Assembly (NCBI RefSeq): GCF_945882885.1
Contig: NZ_CAMCWT010000005.1
Coordinates: 18,590 to 82,589 of the forward strand
Source: Sandarakinorhabdus limnophila DSM 17366
GTDB taxonomy: Bacteria > Pseudomonadota > Alphaproteobacteria > Sphingomonadales > Sphingomonadaceae
Direction of reading: 5' to 3'
Length of the DNA stretch: 64,000 nt
Part shown: piece after piece, positions 32,244 to 41,781 of the stretch
Layout: each line of letters begins with the position of its first letter
Numbering within the stretch: position 1 is the stretch's first letter
Notes under the pieces: model-generated
Told to the model about the DNA's origin: nothing
The model's database searches: none
What the model saw: the letters and a program-made list of their open reading frames with translations, nothing else
Program-made: the position numbers and the translations under genes

Positions 32244-32585
32244 ATGGCTGATTATCGCGTTTCCAAAGTTGAAATTCTTCCCGGCACTGATGGCTATGTG
32301 GCTGAACGGCTGGGTGGCAGTGGCTGGTCTGATGTTGCCGTCAACATCATGGCCTATATCCGCCGCAATCAGCACGCGTTCCTGATGGCCACGCCCGAAG
32401 GCGACGCGCGGTTTGTGGTGATGCGCGATGCCGCCGGCGCGGAATGCCTGGTGGCCACGCTGGCCGATGGCCAGCTTGTGACGCTGAACAGCATGCAAAC
32501 CGTGGTTCGACCCGCCCCGGTACAGCTGGCCCGACCGCTTTTCCAGCAACTGTTCCGTTTCCTGGGCGCCGGTTCCCGCCCTTAA
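32244..32585 (+). CDS. hypothetical protein (possibly DUF3892-like)
   Basis: 113 aa with GC-rich third codon positions, preceded by an AT-rich 127-nt gap. MADYRVSKVE...GWSDVAVNIMAYIRRNQHAF...LADGQLVTLNSM loosely fits my recollection of DUF3892. Confidence 0.5.
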   Translation: MADYRVSKVEILPGTDGYVAERLGGSGWSDVAVNIMAYIRRNQHAFLMATPEGDARFVVMRDAAGAECLVATLADGQLVTLNSMQTVVRPAPVQLARPLFQQLFRFLGAGSRP

Positions 32586-32666
32586 CCTGACCGGGCAGCG
32601 CGGCCGAACCTTGCGCCTTCGGCACTGGCGGTGGCATGCTCCCTTCTCCAAGAGAGTTGCCCTGCA

Positions 32667-33146
32667 ATGAGTGTTGCCTTTACCAAGGAATCTGATGCCG
32701 AGGCGGTCGCCGCCGATCTGCCTGACCGGCCGATCCCGGCGCACCCCAATCTGGTCACCGCGCGCGGACTGGCCCGGATCGAAACTGAACTGTCTGCCGC
32801 GCGGGCCGCCTATGCCGTCGCGCAAGCCGGAGACCAGATCAGCAGCGACCGCACCGCCATGGCGCGCACCACCCGTGATCTGCGCTATTGGTCAGCCCGG
32901 CGCGCCTCGGCGCAGCTTGTCGAGCCGCGCACCAGCGCTGACAGCATCAGCTTTGGCCACAGCGTCAGCTTCGAACGCGCCGATGGCCGCATCCAGACCT
33001 ATGCGATCGTTGGCGATGATGAAGCCGATCCGCACCAAGGCAGCGTCAGCTATGTATCGCCGCTTGCCCGCGCCGTGATGGGCAAGACTGTGGGCGATGT
33101 CGTGACGCTGGCCGGGCAAGAGGTGGAGATCATCGCCGTCACCTAA
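32667..33146 (+). CDS. GreA/GreB-family transcription factor-like protein
   Basis: 159 aa from the ATG at 32667. It has a coiled-coil N-terminal part (GLARIETELSAARAAY) and a Gre C-terminal domain-like part (VSYVSPLARAVMGKTVGDVV). Confidence 0.72.
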   Translation: MSVAFTKESDAEAVAADLPDRPIPAHPNLVTARGLARIETELSAARAAYAVAQAGDQISSDRTAMARTTRDLRYWSARRASAQLVEPRTSADSISFGHSVSFERADGRIQTYAIVGDDEADPHQGSVSYVSPLARAVMGKTVGDVVTLAGQEVEIIAVT

Positions 33147-33508
33147 CCGGCGGCGTTCATCGCCCAATTGGCCAGCACCAGGAAGGCAGCGCCGCCCACG
33201 AAGGCATGGGCGGTGAGCACCGGGCCCAGACCCTCTGGGCGCGATTTTGCCAGTATACCGGCAAACAGGCCGATCATTGCCGTCAGCCCGAGCATGACCA
33301 GCGCGATGCTGGCATTTTCCTTGAGATCGGGATCGGAACTGAACCGCGAGGTGATGATCATAACAACTTCCAGCCCGCCAAAGCCCAGCACGAAGTGCAG
33401 CGCCTGAAGCCCCTGGGACGGGCGCTTGCCGCTCAGGAAATACCAGCCCAGCACAAGCCCAAGCACCACGGTGGTTCCGTAAATGATGATCGGCAACCAG
33501 ATCAGCAT
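33143..33508 (-). CDS. hypothetical 4-TM membrane protein
   Basis: 121 aa with four hydrophobic segments. I recognise no family. Confidence 0.5.
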   Translation of the reverse strand: MLIWLPIIIYGTTVVLGLVLGWYFLSGKRPSQGLQALHFVLGFGGLEVVMIITSRFSSDPDLKENASIALVMLGLTAMIGLFAGILAKSRPEGLGPVLTAHAFVGGAAFLVLANWAMNAAG

Positions 33509-33630
33509 CGCTGCGCCCTCCCCAAGCGCCAGTGGTTACACCAGCGGGCGACGACGGGCCAGATGCGCTGATGGTACCATCAAAAGCCGAAACCTTGATT
33601 AGGCTGGACAGTTGAATAGTCTCGCCGCCG

Positions 33631-34182
33631 ATGAAACCTGCTCCATCTGAACTGGCCGGCCGCGACCGGGCCGAATTGCGCCTTCATCTGGCAAGTTACT
33701 GGAAAATGGAAGCCGGCAATGTGGTGGCGATGCCGGCGATGGGCTGCGCCATGCTTTGGTCGGCCGGGCTTGCCCCCGATACCGCCGCGATTGCCGGCAT
33801 GGCGGCCTGCTCCTTGCTGCTGGTGATCGGCGCTGCAGCCTGGCGGATGGCGCTGGCCGTGCTTGATGGCGACACAGGATTGGCTGAGCGCCTGACGGCG
33901 GCCTGCGCTCGCGCCCAACTGCCGTCGTTGGCGGTGCTGGTGGCGGCCACTGCGCTGGCGGCGCTGTCGTTGCGAAATCAAGGCTGGCAGCCCAACTTCT
34001 TTGCTGCGGCCGGCTTCACAATGCTCGGCTGGCTGGAGTATGTGAACTATTACCATTTTCAACTGCAGAATTTCGATTCCAACATTTATCTGAAACGATT
34101 GAAGGCCGGTCGTGGGCTGCGGCGGGCCCATCTCGGCCGGGCCGTGCGGGCCTGGCGCGTGACCCGGCGCCGGAAGGGCTGA
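33631..34182 (+). CDS. hypothetical membrane protein with a basic C-terminal tail
   Basis: 183 aa with several hydrophobic segments. The C-terminus is EYVNYYHFQLQNFD...RRAHLGRAVRAWRVTRRRKG. I recognise no family. Confidence 0.5.
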   Translation: MKPAPSELAGRDRAELRLHLASYWKMEAGNVVAMPAMGCAMLWSAGLAPDTAAIAGMAACSLLLVIGAAAWRMALAVLDGDTGLAERLTAACARAQLPSLAVLVAATALAALSLRNQGWQPNFFAAAGFTMLGWLEYVNYYHFQLQNFDSNIYLKRLKAGRGLRRAHLGRAVRAWRVTRRRKG

Positions 34183-34260
34183 ACGGCCGGACTGCGACGC
34201 ATTTTCCAACCCCACAGCCAAGGCTGGCGCTGCCGGCAAAGGCGCGTATAACCCGTCGCC

Positions 34261-35670
34261 GTGAACGACGATCTGCGTCTTGACCCGCGCGCCGACGAGG
34301 CACCGGATGCGCTGGAAGAGGGCCGGCTGAGCCGCGCCTTTGTCAGCGACGTTGCTGCTGCACTGGACAGCGGCGACGACGATGGGGTGCGCGCGCTGGT
34401 CAGCCCGCTGCACCCGGCCGACGTCGCCGATCTGTTTGCCGCCATTCCCGCTGATGCCCGCGTGCCGCTGGCCGATGCTCTGGGCGATCTGCTCAATGCC
34501 GAAGTCATCGCCGAACTTGATGATTATGTGCGCGAGGACGTGCTGGACGCGCTGTCGCCCGGCGAAGTGGCCGAGGTCGTCACCCAGCTCGATACCGACG
34601 ACGCCGTGGCCGTTATCGAGGATCTGGAAGCCGACGAACAGCGCGAGGTGCTGCGCGCGCTGGCTCCCGAAGACCGTGCCGACATCGAAGCCGCCCTGAA
34701 TTACCCGGAGGAATCCGCCGGCCGCCTGATGCAGCGCGACCTGGTGGCTGTGACCGAAACGATGAGCGTGGGCGGGGTGATCGATCGCATCCGCGCCAGC
34801 ATCGATCCGGCCACCGATTTCTGGGAAATCTTCGTCGTCGATATCGTCGGCCGCCCCATCGGCACCATGCGGCTGTCCTGGCTGCTCACCGCCCCGCCGG
34901 ATCTGATGGTCGGCGATGTCATGAAGCGGGAGCAGACGCTGATCCCGGTTACCATGGACCAGGAAGAAGTGGCGCTGATCTTCCAGAAATATGCGCTGAT
35001 TTCCGCCGCGGTCGTGGACGATGCGGGCAAACTGGTGGGCGTCATCACCGTCGACGACGTGGTGCACATTATCCAGGCCGAAGCTGGCGAGGACGTGCTG
35101 AAACTGTCGGGCGCCGGCGATGGCGACATCAACGAGCCGGTGTTCAGCACCTATCGCACCCGTTCACGCTGGCTGGTCGCCAATCTGATCACCGGGCTGG
35201 TATCGGCCAGCGTGATCGGGGCGTTTTCGGCCAGCATCGAAGCGCTGGTAGCACTGGCGGCCCTGTCGCCGATCGTCGCCAGCGTGGGCGGCAATGCCGG
35301 CAATCAGACAATGGCGGTCACGGTGCGAGCACTCGCGACCAACCAGCTGACCGACAGCAACACGCGCCGCACCATCTGGCGGGAAATCCGCGTGGCCTGC
35401 CTCAATGGTTTGACGCTGGCCGTGCTGATGGGGCTGGGCGTTGTGTTGGTCCTGGGCAACACCAACCTTGGTCTGGTGATCGCCGCGGCAATGTTGTTCA
35501 ATATCGTTGTTGCAGGGCTTGCCGGCGTGATGGTGCCGCTCACCCTCGATCGGCTGGAGGCTGACCCGGCGGTTGCATCTTCCGTGTTTGTGACGATGAT
35601 CACCGATTCAATGGGTTTCTTCGCCTTCCTCGGCCTCGCCACGCTGGTGGGCGTCCAGTACCTCGGCTGA
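34261..35670 (+). CDS. mgtE: magnesium transporter MgtE
   Basis: 469 aa with a GTG start. It has an acidic N-domain, a CBS pair and a C-terminal TM domain with ...PIVASVGGNAGNQT... Confidence 0.9.
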   Translation: MNDDLRLDPRADEAPDALEEGRLSRAFVSDVAAALDSGDDDGVRALVSPLHPADVADLFAAIPADARVPLADALGDLLNAEVIAELDDYVREDVLDALSPGEVAEVVTQLDTDDAVAVIEDLEADEQREVLRALAPEDRADIEAALNYPEESAGRLMQRDLVAVTETMSVGGVIDRIRASIDPATDFWEIFVVDIVGRPIGTMRLSWLLTAPPDLMVGDVMKREQTLIPVTMDQEEVALIFQKYALISAAVVDDAGKLVGVITVDDVVHIIQAEAGEDVLKLSGAGDGDINEPVFSTYRTRSRWLVANLITGLVSASVIGAFSASIEALVALAALSPIVASVGGNAGNQTMAVTVRALATNQLTDSNTRRTIWREIRVACLNGLTLAVLMGLGVVLVLGNTNLGLVIAAAMLFNIVVAGLAGVMVPLTLDRLEADPAVASSVFVTMITDSMGFFAFLGLATLVGVQYLG

Positions 35671-36080
35671 TGCTGCATCTTACGAAAGTGGCCGCCGGCT
35701 GCCCCGATATCGAGACGTTGGCGGCGCGGCAGGCGCATTGGTGGGGCGCGGGCCGTGCCGGTGCCCACACCCGCTTCATGCCGAAACGCGCCGAAGAACT
35801 GATCGGCGGGTCAATCTTCTGGATCATTGGGCACCGACTGGTGGCGCGGCAAACCATCCTGTCCATCGCCATGGCCAGTACCGATTGGGGACCGAAATGC
35901 GCCATCGAACTGCAGCCAGGCCCGGTGCCGGTGCAGCTGCGTCCGTGCCGCGCCCACCAGGGCTGGCGCTATCTGGAGGCAGCCGATGCGCCAACCGATT
36001 TCGATGGCGGCCCCGGCGACGGCGTGGAAGCCCTGCCAGCCGGCATGGTGCGGGAACTGCAATCGCTGTGGCTGCTATAG
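35670..36080 (+). CDS. DUF1489 family protein
   Basis: 136 aa: MLHLTKVAAGCPDIETL... Its ATG shares 1 nt with the mgtE stop (TGATG). Confidence 0.65.
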   Translation: MLHLTKVAAGCPDIETLAARQAHWWGAGRAGAHTRFMPKRAEELIGGSIFWIIGHRLVARQTILSIAMASTDWGPKCAIELQPGPVPVQLRPCRAHQGWRYLEAADAPTDFDGGPGDGVEALPAGMVRELQSLWLL

Positions 36081-36131
36081 GCCTTTAACACAGCCTTGAC
36101 CTTTGGCTGTGCTGGCGGCATACAACAGTGC

Positions 36132-36467
36132 ATGTTTGCCACCGATCGTCCCATCTACCGCCAGATCCGCGATCTGATCATCGGTCGCATCCTTACGCTG
36201 GGTGATGGCGCCATGTTGCCGTCGGTGCGCGCTCTGGCGGCCGAAGCCGGCGTGAACCCGCTCACTGTCGCCAAGGCCTATCAGGATCTGCAAGCCACCG
36301 GCTTGGTGCGGGCACGCAAGGGCGTCGGCCTGTTTGCCGCCGATGGGGCGCTGAACAATCTGCTCACCCAGGAACGCCACCAGTTCCTCACCGAGGAATG
36401 GCCGCGCGTGCAAGCCCGCATCGCCCAGCTAGGGTTGGACGTGACGGACCTGCTCGAACAGGCTTAA
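36132..36467 (+). CDS. short GntR-family (YtrA-like) transcriptional regulator
   Basis: 111 aa from the ATG at 36132: PIYRQIRDLIIGRI...LPSVRALAAEAGVNPLTVAKAYQDLQATGLV (winged HTH). Confidence 0.8.
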   Translation: MFATDRPIYRQIRDLIIGRILTLGDGAMLPSVRALAAEAGVNPLTVAKAYQDLQATGLVRARKGVGLFAADGALNNLLTQERHQFLTEEWPRVQARIAQLGLDVTDLLEQA

Positions 36468-36487
36468 GCGCGCTTACCAGCCTTCCA

Positions 36488-37387
36488 TCACCACTTTTCT
36501 TCTGGCCACCACGGGAACACGTTTTCCGGCATGTTCTGGCTCACCGTGTCCGGATAAGCCGGCGGGCGCTTTTCAAGGAAGCTGACCACGCCTTCCTTGG
36601 CATCGCCCGAGCGGCCGCGCATGTAGACCATCTTTGAATCGAGCCGGTGCGCATCCCACGGGCTGGGCGCGCCCGCCATGCGCCACAGCATCTGCCGGGT
36701 AAGTGCCACCGACACCGGCGCAGTGTTCTCGGCGATCTCCATCGCCAGCGCGCGAGCGGCGGGCAACAGATCATCGGGCGCGTGGGTGGAACGGACGAGG
36801 CCGCCTTTCAGCGCTTCAGCCGCATCGAACACGCGGCCGGTCATGCACCATTCCAGCGCCTGCGGCAGGCCAACAAGCTTGGACAGGAACCAACTCGATC
36901 CGGCTTCCGGCACGATGCCGCGCCGGGCAAAGACGAAACCGAAGCGCGTCGTGTCGCTGGCCAGCCGCATGTCCATCGCCAATTGCATGGTGACGCCGAT
37001 GCCCACTGCCGGCCCGTTCACGGCGGCGATCACGGGTTTGAGGCTGCGGAAGATGCGCATGGTCATCTGGCCGCCGCCGTCGCGAGTGGCCGGGTGCGTC
37101 CAGTCGATGCTGCCATCGTCCTGCATCGGATTGGCGCTGCGGGCGCCGCCCAGTTTTTCATAATCGAAGGTGGCAGCGCCGGCGCTGAGATCGGCTCCGG
37201 CGCAGAAGGCACGGCCACGGCCGGTAACGATCACCGCCTTGACCTGATCATTGGCGTCGGTTTCATCGAACGCTGCGATGATTTCGGTCATCATCACGCC
37301 GGTGAAGGCGTTCAATTTCTCCGGCCGATCGAGCGTGATGGTGGCGATGGGCCCGTCGATATCGAGGGCGATCTGGGTATAGGTCAT
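36488..37387 (-). CDS. enoyl-CoA hydratase/crotonase family protein
   Basis: 299 aa from the ATG at 37387: MTYTQIALDIDGPIATITLDRPEKLNAF, GRGRAFCAGADL. It starts 1 nt after the thiolase stop. Confidence 0.85.
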   Translation of the reverse strand: MTYTQIALDIDGPIATITLDRPEKLNAFTGVMMTEIIAAFDETDANDQVKAVIVTGRGRAFCAGADLSAGAATFDYEKLGGARSANPMQDDGSIDWTHPATRDGGGQMTMRIFRSLKPVIAAVNGPAVGIGVTMQLAMDMRLASDTTRFGFVFARRGIVPEAGSSWFLSKLVGLPQALEWCMTGRVFDAAEALKGGLVRSTHAPDDLLPAARALAMEIAENTAPVSVALTRQMLWRMAGAPSPWDAHRLDSKMVYMRGRSGDAKEGVVSFLEKRPPAYPDTVSQNMPENVFPWWPEEKW

Positions 37388-37388
37388 G

Positions 37389-38564
37389 TCAAAGCGCCTC
37401 GATAATGGTGACGTTGGCCAAGCCGCCGCCTTCGCACATGGTCTGCAGGCCCCAGCGCTTGCCGTGGGCGTGCAGGGCATGCACCAGCGTCGTCATCAGC
37501 TTGGTGCCCGACGCGCCGAGCGGGTGCCCCAGCGCAATCGCGCCGCCATTGACGTTCAGTCGGGCGTGATCGGCTTCCAGCACCTGCAGCCAGGCCATCG
37601 GGATCGAAGCAAAGGCCTCGTTCACCTCATAAAGATCAATATCGCTGATGCTCATGCCGGCGCGCTGCAGCGCCTTCTTGGTGGCGCCGATGGGCGCTTC
37701 CAGCATGATCACCGGGTCTTCGCCAACCACCGTCATGGTGTGGATGCGGGCCAGCGGCTTGACGCCCAGCGCCTTCAGCCCGCGTTCGTTGACAATCAGC
37801 ACGCCCGATGCGCCGTCGCAGATCTGGCTGCTGGTCGCCGCCGTCAGCCGGCCGCCTTCCGGGTTGATCAGTTTGACGCCCTTCACGCCTTCCAGGCTGG
37901 CATCAAAGCGGATGCCTTCATCCTGGGTATGGACGTGCGGCGCGCCATCATGCGTCGTCACGTTGATCGGCACGATTTCGGCATCGAACGCGCCCGATTT
38001 GGCCGCACGGGCGCCGCGCACCTGGCTTTCATAACCAAATTCGTCGAGCATGTCCTTGGTCAGCCCATATTTGGCGGCGATCATTTCGGCGCCGGTGAAC
38101 TGGCTGAACTGGATGCCGGGGTAGCGCGCGGCCATGGCATCGCCATAGGGCATGCCCATGCCGGCCTTGGCGGGCAGCGCCACGGTCATGCCCATCGGCA
38201 CGCGGGTCATCGATTCGACGCCGGCGGCAATCACCACGTCCATCTGGCCGCTCATCACCGTGGCGGCAGCAAAATGGATGGCCTGCTGGCTGGAGCCGCA
38301 CTGGCGGTCGACGCTGGTGCCCGGCACCGATTCCGGCAGCTTTGAACTCAGCACGGCATTGCGCGCGACGTTGGTGCTCTGCTGGCCGCCCTGGCCCACG
38401 CAGCCCATGATCACATCTTCGATCAGGGCCGGATCAACCCCGGTCTTGTCGACCAGCGCATCCAGCACCTTGCCGGCAAGATCAGCCGGATGCCAATCGC
38501 GCAGCAGGCCACCACGGCGGCCACCGGCGGTGCGCTGGGCGGCAACGATATAGGCTTCGCTCAT
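37389..38564 (-). CDS. acetyl-CoA C-acyltransferase (thiolase)
   Basis: 391 aa from the ATG at 38564: MSEAYIVAAQRTAGGRRGG, the catalytic Cys region VDRQCGSSQQAI, and the C-terminal CEGGGLAN. Confidence 0.9.
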   Translation of the reverse strand: MSEAYIVAAQRTAGGRRGGLLRDWHPADLAGKVLDALVDKTGVDPALIEDVIMGCVGQGGQQSTNVARNAVLSSKLPESVPGTSVDRQCGSSQQAIHFAAATVMSGQMDVVIAAGVESMTRVPMGMTVALPAKAGMGMPYGDAMAARYPGIQFSQFTGAEMIAAKYGLTKDMLDEFGYESQVRGARAAKSGAFDAEIVPINVTTHDGAPHVHTQDEGIRFDASLEGVKGVKLINPEGGRLTAATSSQICDGASGVLIVNERGLKALGVKPLARIHTMTVVGEDPVIMLEAPIGATKKALQRAGMSISDIDLYEVNEAFASIPMAWLQVLEADHARLNVNGGAIALGHPLGASGTKLMTTLVHALHAHGKRWGLQTMCEGGGLANVTIIEAL

Positions 38565-38657
38565 TCTTCCCACTCCTGATCGAGAGATTCGCAACACCGC
38601 ACTTTACGCCGCTCACCCCCTTGGGCATTGACGGACGAAATGATCAGGGAGAGGCGA

Positions 38658-40100
38658 ATGGGCCACCATTGGGGAATCGTCGCCGTCGCACTGGCCATGC
38701 TGGCCCAGCCGGGGGCTGCCGCGCCGACACGTGCGCCGGCAAAAAAGGCTGCACCGGCCAAGCCGGTTGCCAAACCTGCGCCCTCAAAGCCTGCGGCCAA
38801 GCCCGCCGCGCCGGCAAATGTGATCCCGGCTCCGCTGCCCGACACACCGGAAATCCAGGCCCTGCGCCGCGCTTTCCGCTTCGGCTTTGCACCCTATGAA
38901 ATGCTGCGGACCAGGCAGGCGCAGGTGGCTCGCATGTCCGCCGCCGGCATGGGAACCGGCATCAACGCCATTGTCCCGCGGCTGACCCTGGCCGATGCCA
39001 CCACCCGCGAGGTAACGACGCCCAACAACGATACGCTTTATGGCTCGGCCTGGCTCGACCTGTCACAGGGCCCGGTGTTCTTCTCGATCCCGGCGCTGAA
39101 GCGCTATCATTCCGCCGCGCTGATGAGCATCACTAGCGATGTGATCGCCGTCCTCGGCACACGCACGGTGGGTGCCAATGGCGGCCGCTATGCCATTGTT
39201 GGCCCCAATTGGCGCGGCGATCTGCCGGCCGGGGTCGAAATGGTGCGCTCCCAGTCCAACGATGCTTGGCTCTTGGTACGCGTGGTGGTGAATGGCGAGG
39301 AGGATCTGGCCGCCGCTGCCGATGGCCTCACCCGTTATACGCTCTCGGCCGTGGCCGGCGACACGCCGCTCGATCTAAAGGTGCCGGCGAAGCCCAATGG
39401 CAAGGCGTTTCTTGCCACCGTCAATGCTGCCATCGAGCGCTCCGGCGACACCCTGCTCGCCAACCGCGCCGCGCAATTTGCCGATCAGGGCCTGGGCAAG
39501 AGCTGGGAAACGCTGGCGCCGGAACAGCAGAAACTGTGGAACGACAGCCTGCCGGCGCTGATCCACGAACTGAAGGGCGGGCTTACCGCGGACGAAGGCG
39601 TCGATGGCTGGGTCTATCCGCCGTTCAACATGGCGCTCTATGGCGAGGATGATGATCTGCGCGCCCGCGTCGCGCTTGGTGGACTCGCCGCCCTGCCCCG
39701 CATCGAGGCGATCTATGTTTCAGCCACCAAGGATGCCGAAGGCCGCCCGCTAACCGGCGCGAAGAGCTGGCGGGTGAAAATGCCAGGCAATCTGCCGGTG
39801 GGCGCTTTCTGGTCACTGACCATGTACGAACAGGCGCCCGATGGCCGGCTGTTCTTCGTTCCCAACGACCTCAATCGCTTCGCCGTGGGCGACCGATCCC
39901 AGCATTTGCGCCCGGAACGCGACGGCAGCATTGAGTTGTTCGTGCAACACGGCAAACCGTCGGGTGAGCGGGTGGTGAACTGGCTGCCGGCGCCCAAGGG
40001 CAAGTTCGTGCTGATGTTCCGCGCCTATCTGCCCGGCGCGCCGTTGCTTGATGGAAGTGTGCGGCTGCCACCTGTGACCGAAGGCGAGATGATCCCGTGA
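38658..40100 (+). CDS. exported DUF1254/DUF1214 domain protein with a Pro/Ala/Lys-rich linker
   Basis: Signal MGHHWGIVAVALAMLAQPGAA followed by APTRAPAKKAAPAKPVAKPAPSKPAAKPAAPA. The remainder fits the DUF1254+DUF1214 architecture as I recall it (...NDTLYGSAWLDL..., ...FWSLTMYE...). Confidence 0.62.
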   Translation: MGHHWGIVAVALAMLAQPGAAAPTRAPAKKAAPAKPVAKPAPSKPAAKPAAPANVIPAPLPDTPEIQALRRAFRFGFAPYEMLRTRQAQVARMSAAGMGTGINAIVPRLTLADATTREVTTPNNDTLYGSAWLDLSQGPVFFSIPALKRYHSAALMSITSDVIAVLGTRTVGANGGRYAIVGPNWRGDLPAGVEMVRSQSNDAWLLVRVVVNGEEDLAAAADGLTRYTLSAVAGDTPLDLKVPAKPNGKAFLATVNAAIERSGDTLLANRAAQFADQGLGKSWETLAPEQQKLWNDSLPALIHELKGGLTADEGVDGWVYPPFNMALYGEDDDLRARVALGGLAALPRIEAIYVSATKDAEGRPLTGAKSWRVKMPGNLPVGAFWSLTMYEQAPDGRLFFVPNDLNRFAVGDRSQHLRPERDGSIELFVQHGKPSGERVVNWLPAPKGKFVLMFRAYLPGAPLLDGSVRLPPVTEGEMIP

Positions 40101-41764
40101 GCAATCAAGTGGCTGCGCCGCGGGCCGGCAAGCACCTCTTCCTCGATATCCTGCATTCGGAGGGTGTGGAGATCATCTTTGGCAACCCCGGTACGACCGA
40201 GTTGCCACTGCTTGATGCCTTCGTGGTCGAAGATCGGCTGCGTTATGTGCTCGGCCTGAACGAGGTGGTGGTGATGGGCATGGCCGATGGCTGGGCCCAG
40301 GCCACCGGCAAGCTCGCCGTGTGCAACTTGCACGCCGCGCCGGGCCTGGGGAATGCCATGGGCATGCTCTACAACGCCGCCAAGGCCGGTGCGCCGGTGA
40401 TGGTGACCGCCGGCCAGCAGGACATGAGCATCCGCCTGACCGAGCCATTGCTGTGGGACGATCTGGCCACCATGGCCCGCCCGCTCTGCAAATGGTCGTT
40501 CGAGGTGAACAGCATCGAGGAACTGCCGCGCGCCGTGCGCCGGGCGGCCAAGGTGGCACTGACGGCCCCCACCGGCCCGGTGTTCCTCTCCATCCCCGGC
40601 GACGTGTTAACAGCGATGGCGCCGGAAGGCCTGGACATCGGCGCGCCGACCCGCATCGGTACTGGCATTCGCGGTGATGCAAACGAAATTGCCAAGGCCG
40701 CCGCGCTGATTGCGGGCGCCGAAACCCCGGTGATCTTCGCCGGCGATTGCGTGGCCAACCGCGACGCCTTTGCCGAAGTCGTGGCGTTTGCCGAAGCCGT
40801 GGGCGCGCCCGTGTATATGGAAGGCATGGCCAATCGCGCCGCCTTCCCGTCGAGCCATCCGCTCTATGCCGGCACCGTGCCGCGCATGACGCCGGCGCTG
40901 CGCGGCGTCATGCAAAATCACGATCTGCTGATCAGCATCGGCGCAGACCTGCTAACCCAAAGCCAGGCCACCGGGGTGGAAGCGCTCGCGCCGGGCACAA
41001 AGCTTGTGCAGCTGGATGACGAGCCGTGGCAGATCGGCAAGAATTTCGCCGCCACTGCCGCCATTCAGGGCTGCCCGAAGGCAACGCTGCCCGAATTGAC
41101 CGCACTGGTTCAAGGCAGCGGCGCGTCTCGCCGGGCCGGCGTTGAAGCAAAGATTGCCGAAACCAAGGCCGCGCTGTTCGCCAAGGCCGAAGCCGCAATG
41201 GATGCCAGCCCGATGGACCCGATGGCCGTTCTGAAACGGCTGGGCGAAGCGATGCCCGAGGATGCCATCATCATCGAAGAGCTGCTCTCCTCGGGCATGA
41301 ACGCCGTGCGCCAATTGCTGCCCGCGACAAGGCCCGACTCCTGGTTCGGCATGCGCGGCGGCGGCATCGGCGTGGCCCTGCCCCAGGCCGCTGCCATGCA
41401 ATTGGCCAACCCGGGCCGGCCGGTGGTGGCGCTCACCGGCGATGGCAGCCTGATGTATTCGGCCGCCGCGCTGTGGACGTGCGCCCACTACAAGCTGCCG
41501 GTCGTCACCATCGTCTTCAACAATAGCAGCTATCGGATCCTGAAACAGCGCACCCGCGCCATCGGCGATCACAGCGCCCGCGAAGGCGTGTTCGTGGCGA
41601 TGGACCTGACCGAACCGGCGATCGATTTCATGGCGCTGGCGACGGCCCACGGCGTGCAGGGCGTGCGGGTGGACAGTATTCCGGCGCTGATCGATGCGTT
41701 CAAGGCCGCTCTTGCAAGCGATGCGCCGACGCTGATCGAAGTGCCGGTCGCCCGAGCACCCTGA
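40097..41764 (+). CDS. thiamine diphosphate-dependent enzyme (benzoylformate decarboxylase / acetolactate synthase-like)
   Basis: 555 aa. Its GTG start overlaps the upstream stop (GTGA). ThDP motif: GDGSLMYSAAALWTCAHYKLPVVTIVFNN. Confidence 0.85.
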   Translation: MSNQVAAPRAGKHLFLDILHSEGVEIIFGNPGTTELPLLDAFVVEDRLRYVLGLNEVVVMGMADGWAQATGKLAVCNLHAAPGLGNAMGMLYNAAKAGAPVMVTAGQQDMSIRLTEPLLWDDLATMARPLCKWSFEVNSIEELPRAVRRAAKVALTAPTGPVFLSIPGDVLTAMAPEGLDIGAPTRIGTGIRGDANEIAKAAALIAGAETPVIFAGDCVANRDAFAEVVAFAEAVGAPVYMEGMANRAAFPSSHPLYAGTVPRMTPALRGVMQNHDLLISIGADLLTQSQATGVEALAPGTKLVQLDDEPWQIGKNFAATAAIQGCPKATLPELTALVQGSGASRRAGVEAKIAETKAALFAKAEAAMDASPMDPMAVLKRLGEAMPEDAIIIEELLSSGMNAVRQLLPATRPDSWFGMRGGGIGVALPQAAAMQLANPGRPVVALTGDGSLMYSAAALWTCAHYKLPVVTIVFNNSSYRILKQRTRAIGDHSAREGVFVAMDLTEPAIDFMALATAHGVQGVRVDSIPALIDAFKAALASDAPTLIEVPVARAP

Positions 41765-41781
41765 TCCCTGATCCTAGCACC

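Noticed and set aside
38700-38830. A repetitive Pro/Ala/Lys-coding stretch that looks like a tandem DNA repeat.
   Set aside because: It is imperfect low-complexity coding sequence (AKKAAPAKPVAKPAPSKPAAKPAAPA) within the DUF1254/DUF1214 ORF. It is a linker, not a discrete repeat element.
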